Shown here in pieces: positions 1 to 9,122 of a DNA stretch of 64,000 nucleotides (position 1 is the first letter of the stretch; every line of letters begins with the position of its first letter). The stretch lies in the NCBI GenBank assembly GCA_049642725.1, contig JBARPC010000016.1:14838-78837 (forward strand), in the 5' to 3' direction. The notes beneath the pieces were generated by a model. That model was not told where the DNA came from. It saw only the letters and a program-made list of their open reading frames with translations, and made no database searches. Made by a program: the position numbers and the translations under genes. The stretch comes from Minisyncoccales bacterium (GTDB lineage: Bacteria; Patescibacteriota; Minisyncoccia; Minisyncoccales; JAGMDC01).

Positions 1-116
1 CCCGCCGTAGGCGAGGCTCGGCCTTTTTTCTTAAGCTTCACAATCCTTATAGACGAATCAGATATGTCTATACCAAATGCTTCTGGATTTAAATTTAGAT
101 AATCTAATATTTTCAT
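1..116 (-). CDS. pilM: PilM-like type IV pilus assembly protein, N-terminal fragment (gene continues past window start)
   Basis: Hand translation of the minus strand from ATG 116..114 gives MKILDYLNLNPEAFGIDISDSSIRIVKLKKKGRASPTAG. The GIDI-xx-SIR/K-IV pattern is typical of the PilM N-terminus. It lies directly downstream of the pseudopilin genes. Too short for the ORF track. Confidence 0.45.
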   Translation of the reverse strand, partial: MKILDYLNLNPEAFGIDISDSSIRIVKLKKKGRASPTA

Positions 117-120
117 ATAT

Positions 121-1416
121 TTATTCTATTTCCTTCCAATCAGCTATTTTCCAAGAACCTGACGGCCCGCTGGAAAAGCTAATATTTTGAAGGCCTACTT
201 CATATTCAATTTCAGCATTATTATAAAGATAAAGCTTATATCCAGTTGCTTCTCTAATTTTCATATTATTACGTAAACTGATTAAGCCGTTAGATGTATA
301 AAAAACTGCTCCTTCAGCATTGTTGCCTACATCAATAGCTGGATTGGCAGAATCTAAAGAAGAATTAGTGGAAAGAAGCATAGTATAGCTTCCCTCTATT
401 CCTGAACCCTGAATAGTGCTGCCGTTTTTAACATCAATAACCCCGTCAGCAATAATCACTCCACTGGTTGCACCATATCCAGCATCCAGTTTAACAACAG
501 TATTGTTGTTAGTTATAATATCTTGAACTACATAAATTGTTCCAGTGACTGTTAATGTAGCATTATTTTCTATCTCTAAATTGCCAATAATTTTTATAGG
601 ACCAAGAGATTCGGCCTCTCCTCCGCCAACTATATAATCTCCGTTAAAAATATTAACACTAGCTTCATTTTTCCAGCTATCAATTTGCGCATCAGGAATT
701 GGTAAAGGAAGAGGGTCTATATCATTGGGCCGAGTTTTTGTTTCAATTCCAGCATTACAATTATCATTAATGCCGTCAGAAACATATATTAAGGTCCCCC
801 CAATATCAGAATCTTTACAGGTATGGACTGTTGCGTCGCCTGTATTTTCAGTTAAATCGCCAACAACTAAGCCCTCAATCCTATTTCCATTGCCAGCTAC
901 TATAATACTGTCAGTTATGTAACCCTTCCCACTGGCAATAACATTTGCATTTGAAAAAACATTACCGTGAATTTTACTATTGTTTTCCATTATCATCCCT
1001 CCATCGCCGACTTGAGCGCCATAATGAAAAGAGATGCCCGTAGTAGAAATAGTCATAACAACTCTTACTTTTCTGATTTTATCGTCAATATTCCCCTCTG
1101 AAATTATATCCCTGGTCCCGGCAACAATATCTCCAATATCGCGTATAGCTGTTCCCTCCCCAAGGCTCAAAGTACTAGGATTAACAGCGGGTAGCTTTAT
1201 GTTTTTGCTATTTCTTAAAAGAATATCTTCTATTCCTGCTTCTGCCACATAATAACTTTTTAAAGATTTAGTAAAGTTTTTAGTTATCTTTATTTCATTT
1301 ATGGCTAAAGTTCCAAAACCCAAAGTAATAATCAAAGAAACAGACAGGACAATAATAGCTGTTATTAGAGCAGCAAATCCTTTATTTTGAGATTGAGCTT
1401 GAAATATGTATTTCAT
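121..1416 (-). CDS. PilX-like minor pilin/pseudopilin with repetitive beta-helix-like C-terminal region
   Basis: The N-terminus QNKGFAALITAIIVLSVSLIITLGFG is a hydrophobic pilin-like helix lacking Glu5. The body is Gly/Asn/Ile/Val-rich and repetitive. It is last in the pseudopilin operon. Confidence 0.5.
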   Translation of the reverse strand: MKYIFQAQSQNKGFAALITAIIVLSVSLIITLGFGTLAINEIKITKNFTKSLKSYYVAEAGIEDILLRNSKNIKLPAVNPSTLSLGEGTAIRDIGDIVAGTRDIISEGNIDDKIRKVRVVMTISTTGISFHYGAQVGDGGMIMENNSKIHGNVFSNANVIASGKGYITDSIIVAGNGNRIEGLVVGDLTENTGDATVHTCKDSDIGGTLIYVSDGINDNCNAGIETKTRPNDIDPLPLPIPDAQIDSWKNEASVNIFNGDYIVGGGEAESLGPIKIIGNLEIENNATLTVTGTIYVVQDIITNNNTVVKLDAGYGATSGVIIADGVIDVKNGSTIQGSGIEGSYTMLLSTNSSLDSANPAIDVGNNAEGAVFYTSNGLISLRNNMKIREATGYKLYLYNNAEIEYEVGLQNISFSSGPSGSWKIADWKEIE

Positions 1417-1899
1417 TTATCTTAAACTTGAGCTTGAGCTTAAAGTTATTTCTCTTTGATACTTGGTCTTGGAAGAACGATAACGAACAGTGATGTCAGT
1501 TTTTACTGAACCAACTAAATAATCAAAAGTTAAAACAGTAACCTCTACTTTTTCTGAAGTCAACGGCTGTGCAGCTGCACCTTCCCTTTTTACGCATAAT
1601 ATTCCATTATCTAAATAAAAATCAACATAAGTATTTGTTTCTCCAAATGGAGGATTGAGATTAGTTTCTAAGCTAAGCTGATTCATATTACTTGTAGGAG
1701 TATAAATACTGGAAGCATGTCTTGTTTCTAAAAGAATAGTATTTAAACCAGAATGAGCATTAACTAAAACTTCTCTATTAAAACGGCTGATATTATAAAA
1801 TTCAATCAAACCAAGCATAGCTGCAACAATAGCGCCTGCGACCACAGCCAAAATAGCTGAATAAACTAAAATTTCAATAAATGTAAAGCCATTTTTCAT
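1417..1899 (-). CDS. type IV pilin-like protein (prepilin-type N-terminal cleavage/methylation motif)
   Basis: MKNGFTFIEILVYSAILAVVAG matches the G|FTxxE prepilin motif followed by a hydrophobic helix. Confidence 0.7.
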   Translation of the reverse strand: MKNGFTFIEILVYSAILAVVAGAIVAAMLGLIEFYNISRFNREVLVNAHSGLNTILLETRHASSIYTPTSNMNQLSLETNLNPPFGETNTYVDFYLDNGILCVKREGAAAQPLTSEKVEVTVLTFDYLVGSVKTDITVRYRSSKTKYQREITLSSSSSLR

Positions 1900-1900
1900 A

Positions 1901-2401
1901 TTAAAAATTAGTAATAAGAGTCGCTAATATTAAATCTTTTGTTTCGCCTTTTTCCAGCCAGTTGATTTTCGCCTTCACTTTCAGAGAATTATCATCCTTA
2001 TTGGAAACGTTATAGACATCTTCAATGTCTCCTGTATCAGGATCTCGAGAAATATTTTCAAAAATAATTTCTCGGCTAAAGAGGTTATCAATAAGACCAG
2101 GACCAACAGTAGTTATTTCCCAGCTTCCTCCAGAAATAATTAAATAATAAGTATTAGCAGTATCAATTTCTCCAAGACCAGTTTCACCATCAACTGGGTC
2201 ATCCCAATCAACTTGGTCTCTAATACTTCTAACTGCTTCTATATATTCTTCTGCCAAATAATCTGCTTTCATCTCATTTTTTGCTTCTTCTAAAGTTGTG
2301 AAAGAAAAAACAGCAACTTGGTAAAAACCAATAAAAGCCACTACCAGAATAAAAACGGCCATCATTAATTCTATTACACTAAAAGATTTTTGATAAAACA
2401 T
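1901..2401 (-). CDS. pseudopilin (variant prepilin motif)
   Basis: QKSFSVIELMMAVFILVVAF has Ser instead of Gly at -1, with Glu5 and a hydrophobic helix. Start overlaps the upstream stop by 1 nt (TAATG). Confidence 0.55.
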   Translation of the reverse strand: MFYQKSFSVIELMMAVFILVVAFIGFYQVAVFSFTTLEEAKNEMKADYLAEEYIEAVRSIRDQVDWDDPVDGETGLGEIDTANTYYLIISGGSWEITTVGPGLIDNLFSREIIFENISRDPDTGDIEDVYNVSNKDDNSLKVKAKINWLEKGETKDLILATLITNF

Positions 2402-3285
2402 TATTGTAGTTCTAGAGAATTTTCTACTACATAGATAGAATCGCCTTTTTCTACTATTCCATCTGCAGTATAGCTAATCAAAGTACCTGCTTCTCCGCTG
2501 ATGCTAACAGTTAAGCTTTTATTATTATATCTCCTATCGCGATGAATACAAAACATAGTATCAGGATTATTTAGCCAATGAGTATGAATATGAATCAGTT
2601 GATCATCAGTTCCTACTGTAACCGTTCCCTCCCAATCAAATTGTCCTCCTATTATAAAATCACTAATTTTTATGCTTTCAACAGTAGCAGGGTCGCTAAA
2701 AGTTAAAGTTATTATTTCATTAATCGTATCTATATTTCTATCGTAAACAAAATGAATATGCCGCGAATCAGTAATACGGGTGCCTAAAAGAGGGACAGCT
2801 GTTCCTTGAATACTTGCTTCTCCCGATGAAGCTATTACTATAACCCTAAACTGATTAGGATCTTTTTTCAGTTCAAGTTTGACAGTGCCAAATTCAGAAG
2901 TAGTGCCGCTGATTCTATCAAAAATTATTTCTGTACCGCCTCCATTAAAAGATATGTTTGAAATTTCTATTCTAGAAGAAAAATCATACCTTTCATTATT
3001 AGAATCCAAGGCATCATAAACATTTCCCTTGAATAAAACTATTTTATCTTGTTCAAAATGGACTCCGTATTCAGAAGCGCCCTCTGAACTCAAAGTTTTT
3101 GACTGTGATAATCTTAAAGCGCTAAGAATTTTCTCTGAGCTTGTGTTTAATTCGCTATGAGAACGAAAAGAAGAATAAACGTTTGCTGTTATTGCGCACA
3201 GAATAATAATAACAGCTATAATCACCAAAACCTCTATTAAGGTAAAACTCTTACATTTTTTGAAAATTGGAAATTGGAATTTCAT
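2401..3285 (-). CDS. pseudopilin, GspH/FimT-like size class
   Basis: KCKSFTLIEVLVIIAVIIILCAI is a prepilin-like motif with Glu5. Located immediately downstream of pilC. Confidence 0.6.
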   Translation of the reverse strand: MKFQFPIFKKCKSFTLIEVLVIIAVIIILCAITANVYSSFRSHSELNTSSEKILSALRLSQSKTLSSEGASEYGVHFEQDKIVLFKGNVYDALDSNNERYDFSSRIEISNISFNGGGTEIIFDRISGTTSEFGTVKLELKKDPNQFRVIVIASSGEASIQGTAVPLLGTRITDSRHIHFVYDRNIDTINEIITLTFSDPATVESIKISDFIIGGQFDWEGTVTVGTDDQLIHIHTHWLNNPDTMFCIHRDRRYNNKSLTVSISGEAGTLISYTADGIVEKGDSIYVVENSLELQ

Positions 3286-3301
3286 TAAAAATTAAAAATT
3301 T

Positions 3302-4516
3302 TCACATTGCTCCCATCATTGAATACATTGGCTGAATCATAGATACAGCAAAAAAACCAACTGCGCCTCCAATAATGAGCATTAAAACCGGCTCTATAAT
3401 AGAAGATAGATTTTTAGTTGCATTAGAAACTTCTTCTTCGTAAAAATCAGCCATTTTTCCTAAAATTTCTGCTGTCTCACCTGTCTCTTCTCCGACTTTA
3501 ATCATTTGGACAATAGTTAAGGGATAGATGTCTAAATAAGACATTAAAATATCAGACAGTTTTTCTCCTTTTTCAACTTTTTTAGCTGCTTCATTCAAGG
3601 CCTTCTTGTGATAAAAATTAGTTAATGAATTAGCAGTAATTTCTAAACCACGAACAATGGGAATACCGGCAGAAATTAAAGAACTTAAAGTTCTGGATGT
3701 AAAAGCAGTATTTGTCTTTTTAATCAAAGAAGAAATAACTGGAATTTTCAGTAATAGAGCATCAAGTTTTTTCTTTCCTTTTTTGCTTTTTAAGGTCATA
3801 CGGAAAAGAAATGCAAAAGCAATTAAGATTAGAATGAACAAGTACCACTTTTCAGCCATAAAAGTACCAAGAAAAATGACGCATCTTGTGGTAATTGGAA
3901 GTTCCATGCCTAAATCTTTAAAAACAGCCGCTAAATTCGGCACAACGATAACAAGCATTAAAATTCCAATTCCAATCATAGCGCAAAGAATTACTGCCGG
4001 ATAAATCAGCGCTCCTATTATTTTGGATTTCAATTCAACTTCTCTTTCTATTTGGTGGGTAAGTGATTTTAAAACATCTTCCAGTGTTCCTGATTCCTCT
4101 CCTGCTTTTACCATATTGCAAAAAAGTTCGGAAAAGATATTAGGAAATGCTTCTAAAGATTCAGAAAAAGTTTTGCCTTTTATTATCTCGCCTTTTATTT
4201 TTAATAAAGCATCTTTAAATTTCTTGTTTTTAGAAACAGTGGCCAAAGTATCTAACGCGCGCGGCAAAGACATGCCGGTAGTAATCATAATACGCAGGTT
4301 TCTGGTAAAAAATAATTTCTCTTTTGCGCTCACGCCTAAAAAAGGAATGGAAAAATCCATTTTTCCTATTCTTACTTTTCTTTTTACCTCTGCTTTAACT
4401 AAAATATAACCTTGATTGCGCAAATCACGAGCCAATATACGTTCGTCTTTGGCTTCAGCTGTTCCGGAATGAACCTCCCCCTCTAATGATTTAGCTGTGT
4501 AAAAAAATGTTGGCAT
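3302..4516 (-). CDS. pilC: type IV pilus platform protein PilC (GspF family)
   Basis: 404 aa with two GspF-like repeats and three TM segments. C-terminal IEPVLMLIIGGAVGFFAVSMIQPMYSM is typical of PilC/GspF. Confidence 0.9.
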   Translation of the reverse strand: MPTFFYTAKSLEGEVHSGTAEAKDERILARDLRNQGYILVKAEVKRKVRIGKMDFSIPFLGVSAKEKLFFTRNLRIMITTGMSLPRALDTLATVSKNKKFKDALLKIKGEIIKGKTFSESLEAFPNIFSELFCNMVKAGEESGTLEDVLKSLTHQIEREVELKSKIIGALIYPAVILCAMIGIGILMLVIVVPNLAAVFKDLGMELPITTRCVIFLGTFMAEKWYLFILILIAFAFLFRMTLKSKKGKKKLDALLLKIPVISSLIKKTNTAFTSRTLSSLISAGIPIVRGLEITANSLTNFYHKKALNEAAKKVEKGEKLSDILMSYLDIYPLTIVQMIKVGEETGETAEILGKMADFYEEEVSNATKNLSSIIEPVLMLIIGGAVGFFAVSMIQPMYSMMGAM

Positions 4517-4526
4517 AATTAAAAAT

Positions 4527-5102
4527 TTAATGTCCTATTATTTTCAGCGCCTCCTTAACCCTGTTTTCTAATCCTTCCACATTTTTTGGTATCTTAGACA
4601 AAGCGTCTTTTACTGCTGTCTTAGGAAATCCTAAATTGACAAGCGCCTCAAAAGCTGGATCCTCTATCGCCTTTTCTTGTTTTTTTTCTAAAGATTCATC
4701 TTCTCTTATTTTACCAGAAAGCTCTAAAAGAATTTTTTTGGCTTTTTTTCCGCCAATGCCTAAAATTCCTTCAAATATTGTCTCGTTTCCCTGTTTAATT
4801 GATTGTTTTAACTTATCCAAAGGCCCTAACGCAGAAATCTCTAATGCCGCTTTTGGTCCTACTCCGGAAATACTAATTAAAAATTCAAACAATTCACGTT
4901 CCTCCCAGTTTAAAAAACCATATAAATCTAAAACATTTTCCCTCACGTATAGAAAAGAAAAAATCTTGATTATTTCTCCTTCTTTTGGTATGGCGTTGAG
5001 AGTTTTTTTAGAAAGAAAAATCCTATAACCAATATTATTAACGTTCAAAATTATAAACTTTTCTTTCTTTAAAATAATTTTCCCTTGAAGGCAACTAATC
5101 AT
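4527..5102 (-). CDS. ruvA: Holliday junction DNA helicase RuvA
   Basis: MISCLQGKII...GYRIF OB-fold start, then HhH region LISISGVGPKAALEI...GIGGKKAKKILLEL. Confidence 0.9.
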   Translation of the reverse strand: MISCLQGKIILKKEKFIILNVNNIGYRIFLSKKTLNAIPKEGEIIKIFSFLYVRENVLDLYGFLNWEERELFEFLISISGVGPKAALEISALGPLDKLKQSIKQGNETIFEGILGIGGKKAKKILLELSGKIREDESLEKKQEKAIEDPAFEALVNLGFPKTAVKDALSKIPKNVEGLENRVKEALKIIGH

Positions 5103-5156
5103 TATTTTATTATAACAGCTATTGATAAAAAATAAAAATATGATATTATATTAAAT

Positions 5157-5411
5157 ATGGCGATAACTAAATCAGCAAAAAAGGCGATGCGCCAAAATAT
5201 CAAACACAGGAAAAGAAATCTGATTTACAAAAATAAAATAAAAGACCTTATCAAAAAGGCCAAAGCTTTGGTTAAAGAAAAGAAAACAAAAGAGGCAAAA
5301 GAACTTCTGCCACAAATTTATAAAATTTTAGATAAAGCAGCTAAGAAAGGAGTGGTCAAAAAAAACACTGCCTCAAGAAGAAAATCAAGAATCACCAAGA
5401 TGATAAAGTGA
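5157..5411 (+). CDS. rpsT: 30S ribosomal protein S20
   Basis: MAITKSAKKAMRQNIKHRKRN start and basic 84-aa composition typical of S20. Confidence 0.9.
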   Translation: MAITKSAKKAMRQNIKHRKRNLIYKNKIKDLIKKAKALVKEKKTKEAKELLPQIYKILDKAAKKGVVKKNTASRRKSRITKMIK

Positions 5412-5420
5412 ATGAGTATT

Positions 5421-6332
5421 CTATATTTCGGCAACTAACAAATCTAAAGCAATAATTGGTTCTATTTTCCCTGTTTTGATGCCAAGGTCTGCCTCAAATA
5501 GTTTATGGTAGATTTTTTTTAATTCTTCTAATTTAAACTTCTTTGCCTGAAAAAAACTTTTTCTTGCAACATATGGATGGATACCAGTGATTTGAGACAA
5601 GCCATTCTTTACCGCAAGTATATTTCTAAACTGAAAAACAATCATTGAAAAAAGATATAAAGGCGAGTCGCCTTTATCTAAATGCTTATGAATTAAAAAA
5701 AGAGCTGTTTTTTTATCTCTTGAAGCAATAGCATCAATTGTTTTAAAAATATCTGTCTCAATCTTCGGCTTGACTAAAAGACATATATCACTGACGGCCG
5801 TTGATGTTCTATGCCTGGTGTAATTAACTAATTTATTAATTTCATTTGACATCCGCCATAAATCCTGACCAACATAATCAATAAGTAATTCCAATGCTTT
5901 TGGTTCTATTTCTGTTCCATACCCATCAAATTCTTTTTTAATCCAATTTTTTAATTGTAAACCGTTTAATAATTTAAATTCCTGGCAGCGAGCCTCTTTT
6001 TTAAGCAAATTGAACAAACTACTATTCTTATGGATTTCTTTTTCCTCGTAAAATAAAATAATATCTTTTAATTCTTTAATTTTCTTCCTGTTTTTAGAAA
6101 ACTTTTCTTTGAAGTCCTGGTTTGTAAAAGCATTTTTTAAAATAATCAACTTTTTCTCCTGAAACATTGAGCTTATTTGAAAATGATTTTCAAAGTCCTC
6201 AAAGGTCTGTTCTTTTATGTCTAAAAACTTTAAATTTAATCCGCTCTGGTGGATTTTTTTGTAATGTTCAACTATCTCTGTTAGCTTTTGGCGCGACCTG
6301 TATGTATCTGGACCATAAATAAGAATAATCAT
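5421..6332 (-). CDS. holA: DNA polymerase III delta subunit
   Basis: 303 aa. IILIYGPDTYRSRQKL start and overall HolA-like helical pattern. Length fits. Confidence 0.7.
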   Translation of the reverse strand: MIILIYGPDTYRSRQKLTEIVEHYKKIHQSGLNLKFLDIKEQTFEDFENHFQISSMFQEKKLIILKNAFTNQDFKEKFSKNRKKIKELKDIILFYEEKEIHKNSSLFNLLKKEARCQEFKLLNGLQLKNWIKKEFDGYGTEIEPKALELLIDYVGQDLWRMSNEINKLVNYTRHRTSTAVSDICLLVKPKIETDIFKTIDAIASRDKKTALFLIHKHLDKGDSPLYLFSMIVFQFRNILAVKNGLSQITGIHPYVARKSFFQAKKFKLEELKKIYHKLFEADLGIKTGKIEPIIALDLLVAEI

Positions 6333-6338
6333 AGAATT

Positions 6339-8276
6339 CTAATACGGTAAAGTAAAATAGAATTTTGTTCCTTTGTTTTCTTCGGATTTAAACCAAATAC
6401 GGCCTTTATGGGCTTCAATAATATTTTTAGCGATAAAAAGACTAAGTCCTGTGCCTTCGGTTTCCATCCGGACAATATTATCTGCCCTGAAAAATTTACT
6501 AAACACCCTTTCTTGCTGTTCTTTAGGAATGCCCGTTCCAGTGTCTTCAATTGAAAATTCTATTTTGTTTTTAAATTTCTTTAAAGAAACCATTATCTTC
6601 CCTTTAGGCTTTGTGTACCATATAGCATTCTCTAAAAGATTTTCAATAGCCAAGGTAATTTTTTCTTTATCTATATTTATTTTGGGCAGTTTCCCTCTTG
6701 GTTTTTGAAATTTAAATTTAATTCTTTTTTTCTTAATTTCTTTTTCATAAGAATTTATTGAGAATTGAACTATATCTTGAATATCAATTAAACTCTTTTT
6801 GGAAAGATATTTCCCTTCCTCAATAGAAGTGATATTCAAAAGATCGTTAACTAAAAGAATCAGCTTTTCATTTGAATTATAAATTCCCTGAATAAACTTT
6901 TTCTTTTTTTTAGTCATTTTCCCCAAATCTCCTTCTAAAAAAAGTTTTAAACCCCATTTGATTGCTGAAAGAGGGGTTCTCAGCTGATGGGCAGCTAAAG
7001 AGACAAATTCTGTTTTCATTGTTTCAATTCTTTTTTCTCGAGTAATGTCGTGGAAGATGACTAAAATTCCTAACTTTCTTTTCTCGCTTATTATCGGAAG
7101 AACAGTTATTTCTAAAACCAAATCTTTATTAACTTCAAATTTTTTTCTAAAAATTTTCTTATTTCCCCTAATTAATAAAGAATGATCTTTAAAAACTTCT
7201 ACTTCTAAAATACTTTTACCAACAATATTTTTATTTTTTGTATTAAATAGAATTTCAGTTTTAGGATTAATCAGGGAAATTTTATTCTTATTATCAAGAA
7301 TCAGCAATCCATCAGCAAAATTATTAATAATAGCTAATGTTTTATTTTTTTCTTCTTCTAATCGTTTTCTATTAGAGTAAATTTCATTTGCTGTTTTATT
7401 CAGGCTTTGAGACAAGCTAAGTATCTCTTTATCAGAACTGCCGGAAAAAAATATGGCTTTTTCTCCTTTTGCTAAATCTTTAGAAGATTTTTCTATCTCT
7501 ATAAGCTCTGTATAAATAGATAAAAAGACAAAATTATTTAATAAACCAATTATAGTCAAAATAATAGCAGAAAGGACTATAAAAACCAGACTTAATGAAT
7601 GAACAACAATTAAAATTGCCAAAATAGCAAGCCCTATTAAAATAATAAAGAATTTTGATTTGGTTTTTAAATCTATAAAAGGAAATTCTTTAAAATGAAT
7701 GCCCCTATCAGATAAAAGTATTTTACATTCTCTACGAGCTGAAGCAGTTATCAGGTCGTGAAAAACAGCTCCATATATATAAAGTGAACAGGTAGCAATA
7801 TTTAATCCTATAAACACAATGGGGACATTTGTTAATTGGCCGCTAAACAACCATTCTCCCAGAGTAACCGTGATAACTATTATTTGGCCATATAAGATAT
7901 TTTTTCTCTCCTTCTGCCTTGTTATTTTACAAAGAGAACCATAAACCTGTAAAAGTGTCTCATTAGAAATGTCTGGACGAAGATGACCATTTAAAATATT
8001 CTCGTTTAGAATCTTAAATTCCTGTCTCTCACATTTTATCCCAAAAAGCCGCAAAAAACCATATTCTTTGAGAATAAGCAAAGAAGCAATGCCAAACGAT
8101 AAGAAATAAAGTAAAATAAATTCATCTCCCGTGTTTGTAGCCTCAAAATCAGCTCCAATAAAAACTAATAAAAAACCAAAAAAAGCAACTAAACTAGCCC
8201 AAGAAAAACAAACCAAAACAAAAGCAAGGGTGTAAGGAGTTCTCTTAACCAGCCAATTAAATAATCTAAAAAACAT
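6339..8276 (-). CDS. sensor histidine kinase (multi-TM N-terminus, PAS, HisKA, HATPase_c)
   Basis: H-box SLAAHQLRTPLSAIKW. N/G boxes ENLLENAIWYT, IEDTGTGIP, GTGLSLFIAKNIIEAHKGRIW. Several N-terminal TM helices. Confidence 0.85.
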   Translation of the reverse strand: MFFRLFNWLVKRTPYTLAFVLVCFSWASLVAFFGFLLVFIGADFEATNTGDEFILLYFLSFGIASLLILKEYGFLRLFGIKCERQEFKILNENILNGHLRPDISNETLLQVYGSLCKITRQKERKNILYGQIIVITVTLGEWLFSGQLTNVPIVFIGLNIATCSLYIYGAVFHDLITASARRECKILLSDRGIHFKEFPFIDLKTKSKFFIILIGLAILAILIVVHSLSLVFIVLSAIILTIIGLLNNFVFLSIYTELIEIEKSSKDLAKGEKAIFFSGSSDKEILSLSQSLNKTANEIYSNRKRLEEEKNKTLAIINNFADGLLILDNKNKISLINPKTEILFNTKNKNIVGKSILEVEVFKDHSLLIRGNKKIFRKKFEVNKDLVLEITVLPIISEKRKLGILVIFHDITREKRIETMKTEFVSLAAHQLRTPLSAIKWGLKLFLEGDLGKMTKKKKKFIQGIYNSNEKLILLVNDLLNITSIEEGKYLSKKSLIDIQDIVQFSINSYEKEIKKKRIKFKFQKPRGKLPKINIDKEKITLAIENLLENAIWYTKPKGKIMVSLKKFKNKIEFSIEDTGTGIPKEQQERVFSKFFRADNIVRMETEGTGLSLFIAKNIIEAHKGRIWFKSEENKGTKFYFTLPY

Positions 8277-8307
8277 AATTACTTTAAGTCTTTAATTTTA
8301 GAAAACA

Positions 8308-8322
8308 CCCCTTTAACAGGGG
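8308..8322 (-). terminator. weak hairpin between receiver gene and downstream kinase
   Basis: Minus strand reads CCCCT-GTTAA-AGGGG followed by TGTTTTCT. Short 5-bp GC stem. Confidence 0.3.
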
Positions 8323-8360
8323 CGTAATCTTTGCCTCTTTATGATGAAAATATACAATGT

Positions 8361-8729
8361 TTACTCCAGCACCTTCTTCACCTTCTCAATAATCTCATTG
8401 GGAGTGAAATGTGCTTTAATTAAGAAATCAATTGCTCCTAAGTGTAAACCTTTTTCTATATCTTCCTTTTGACCTAAATTGGATAAAATAATAACTGGTA
8501 TTTCAGATAATTCAGAATCCTTTTTAATCTTTGATAAAACTTCAAAACCGTCAATGCCTGGCAGAATTAAATCAAGCAAAACTAAATCGGGTTTATCCTC
8601 TTTGATTTTTTTCACGCCTTCTTCGCCATCAATTGCTGATGGCACCTCATAACCCTCATCACTTAATTTTTTAACAATTAATTCTCTTAAAAACTTATCA
8701 TCTTCTACGATTAAAATTTTTTTAGCCAT
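8361..8729 (-). CDS. single-domain response regulator (CheY-like receiver), type B paralogue
   Basis: KILIVEDD...DLVLLDLILPGIDGF...IPVIILSN...K receiver signature. No output domain. Confidence 0.9.
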   Translation of the reverse strand: MAKKILIVEDDKFLRELIVKKLSDEGYEVPSAIDGEEGVKKIKEDKPDLVLLDLILPGIDGFEVLSKIKKDSELSEIPVIILSNLGQKEDIEKGLHLGAIDFLIKAHFTPNEIIEKVKKVLE

Positions 8730-8756
8730 ATAAATTATTATGTGTTATATAAACTA

Positions 8757-9122
8757 TCAGCCGATTTGTTTCTTAACCTTTTCAACTACCTCCATAGGGT
8801 CAAACTCGGTCTTCACCAACCAATCCTTTGCCCCTAATTCTCTCGCCCTGTCTAATTCCATCTCTTGTCCGGAATTAGAAATTATAACTATTGGAATATT
8901 TTTTAATGCCTCATCATTACACATTTCTTCCATAACTTCAAAGCCGTCTTTTTTGGGCATAACAATATCAAGTAAAACAAGGTCGGGCATTGTCTTCCTC
9001 ATTATTTCAAGTCCTTCTTCACCATTAACAGCAATGGAAACATCATACCCTTCTTCAATTAATTTTTTTTGAAGCAAGTTAAGAAGAATTTCTTCGTCTT
9101 CTATAATTAAAATTTTTTTCAT
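8757..9122 (-). CDS. single-domain response regulator, type A paralogue
   Basis: Receiver signature MKKILIIEDEE...DLVLLDIVMPKKDGF. Start moved to ATG 9122..9120, which forms an ATGA overlap with the upstream kinase stop. This matches the start of paralogue 10984..11349. Confidence 0.85.
   Translation of the reverse strand: MKKILIIEDEEILLNLLQKKLIEEGYDVSIAVNGEEGLEIMRKTMPDLVLLDIVMPKKDGFEVMEEMCNDEALKNIPIVIISNSGQEMELDRARELGAKDWLVKTEFDPMEVVEKVKKQIG

Noticed and set aside
6329-6550. 73-aa ORF overlapping the 3' end of the kinase gene and bridging to holA
   Set aside because: It lies in a different frame, entirely within the HATPase_c coding region of 6339..8276, and has no independent signal.
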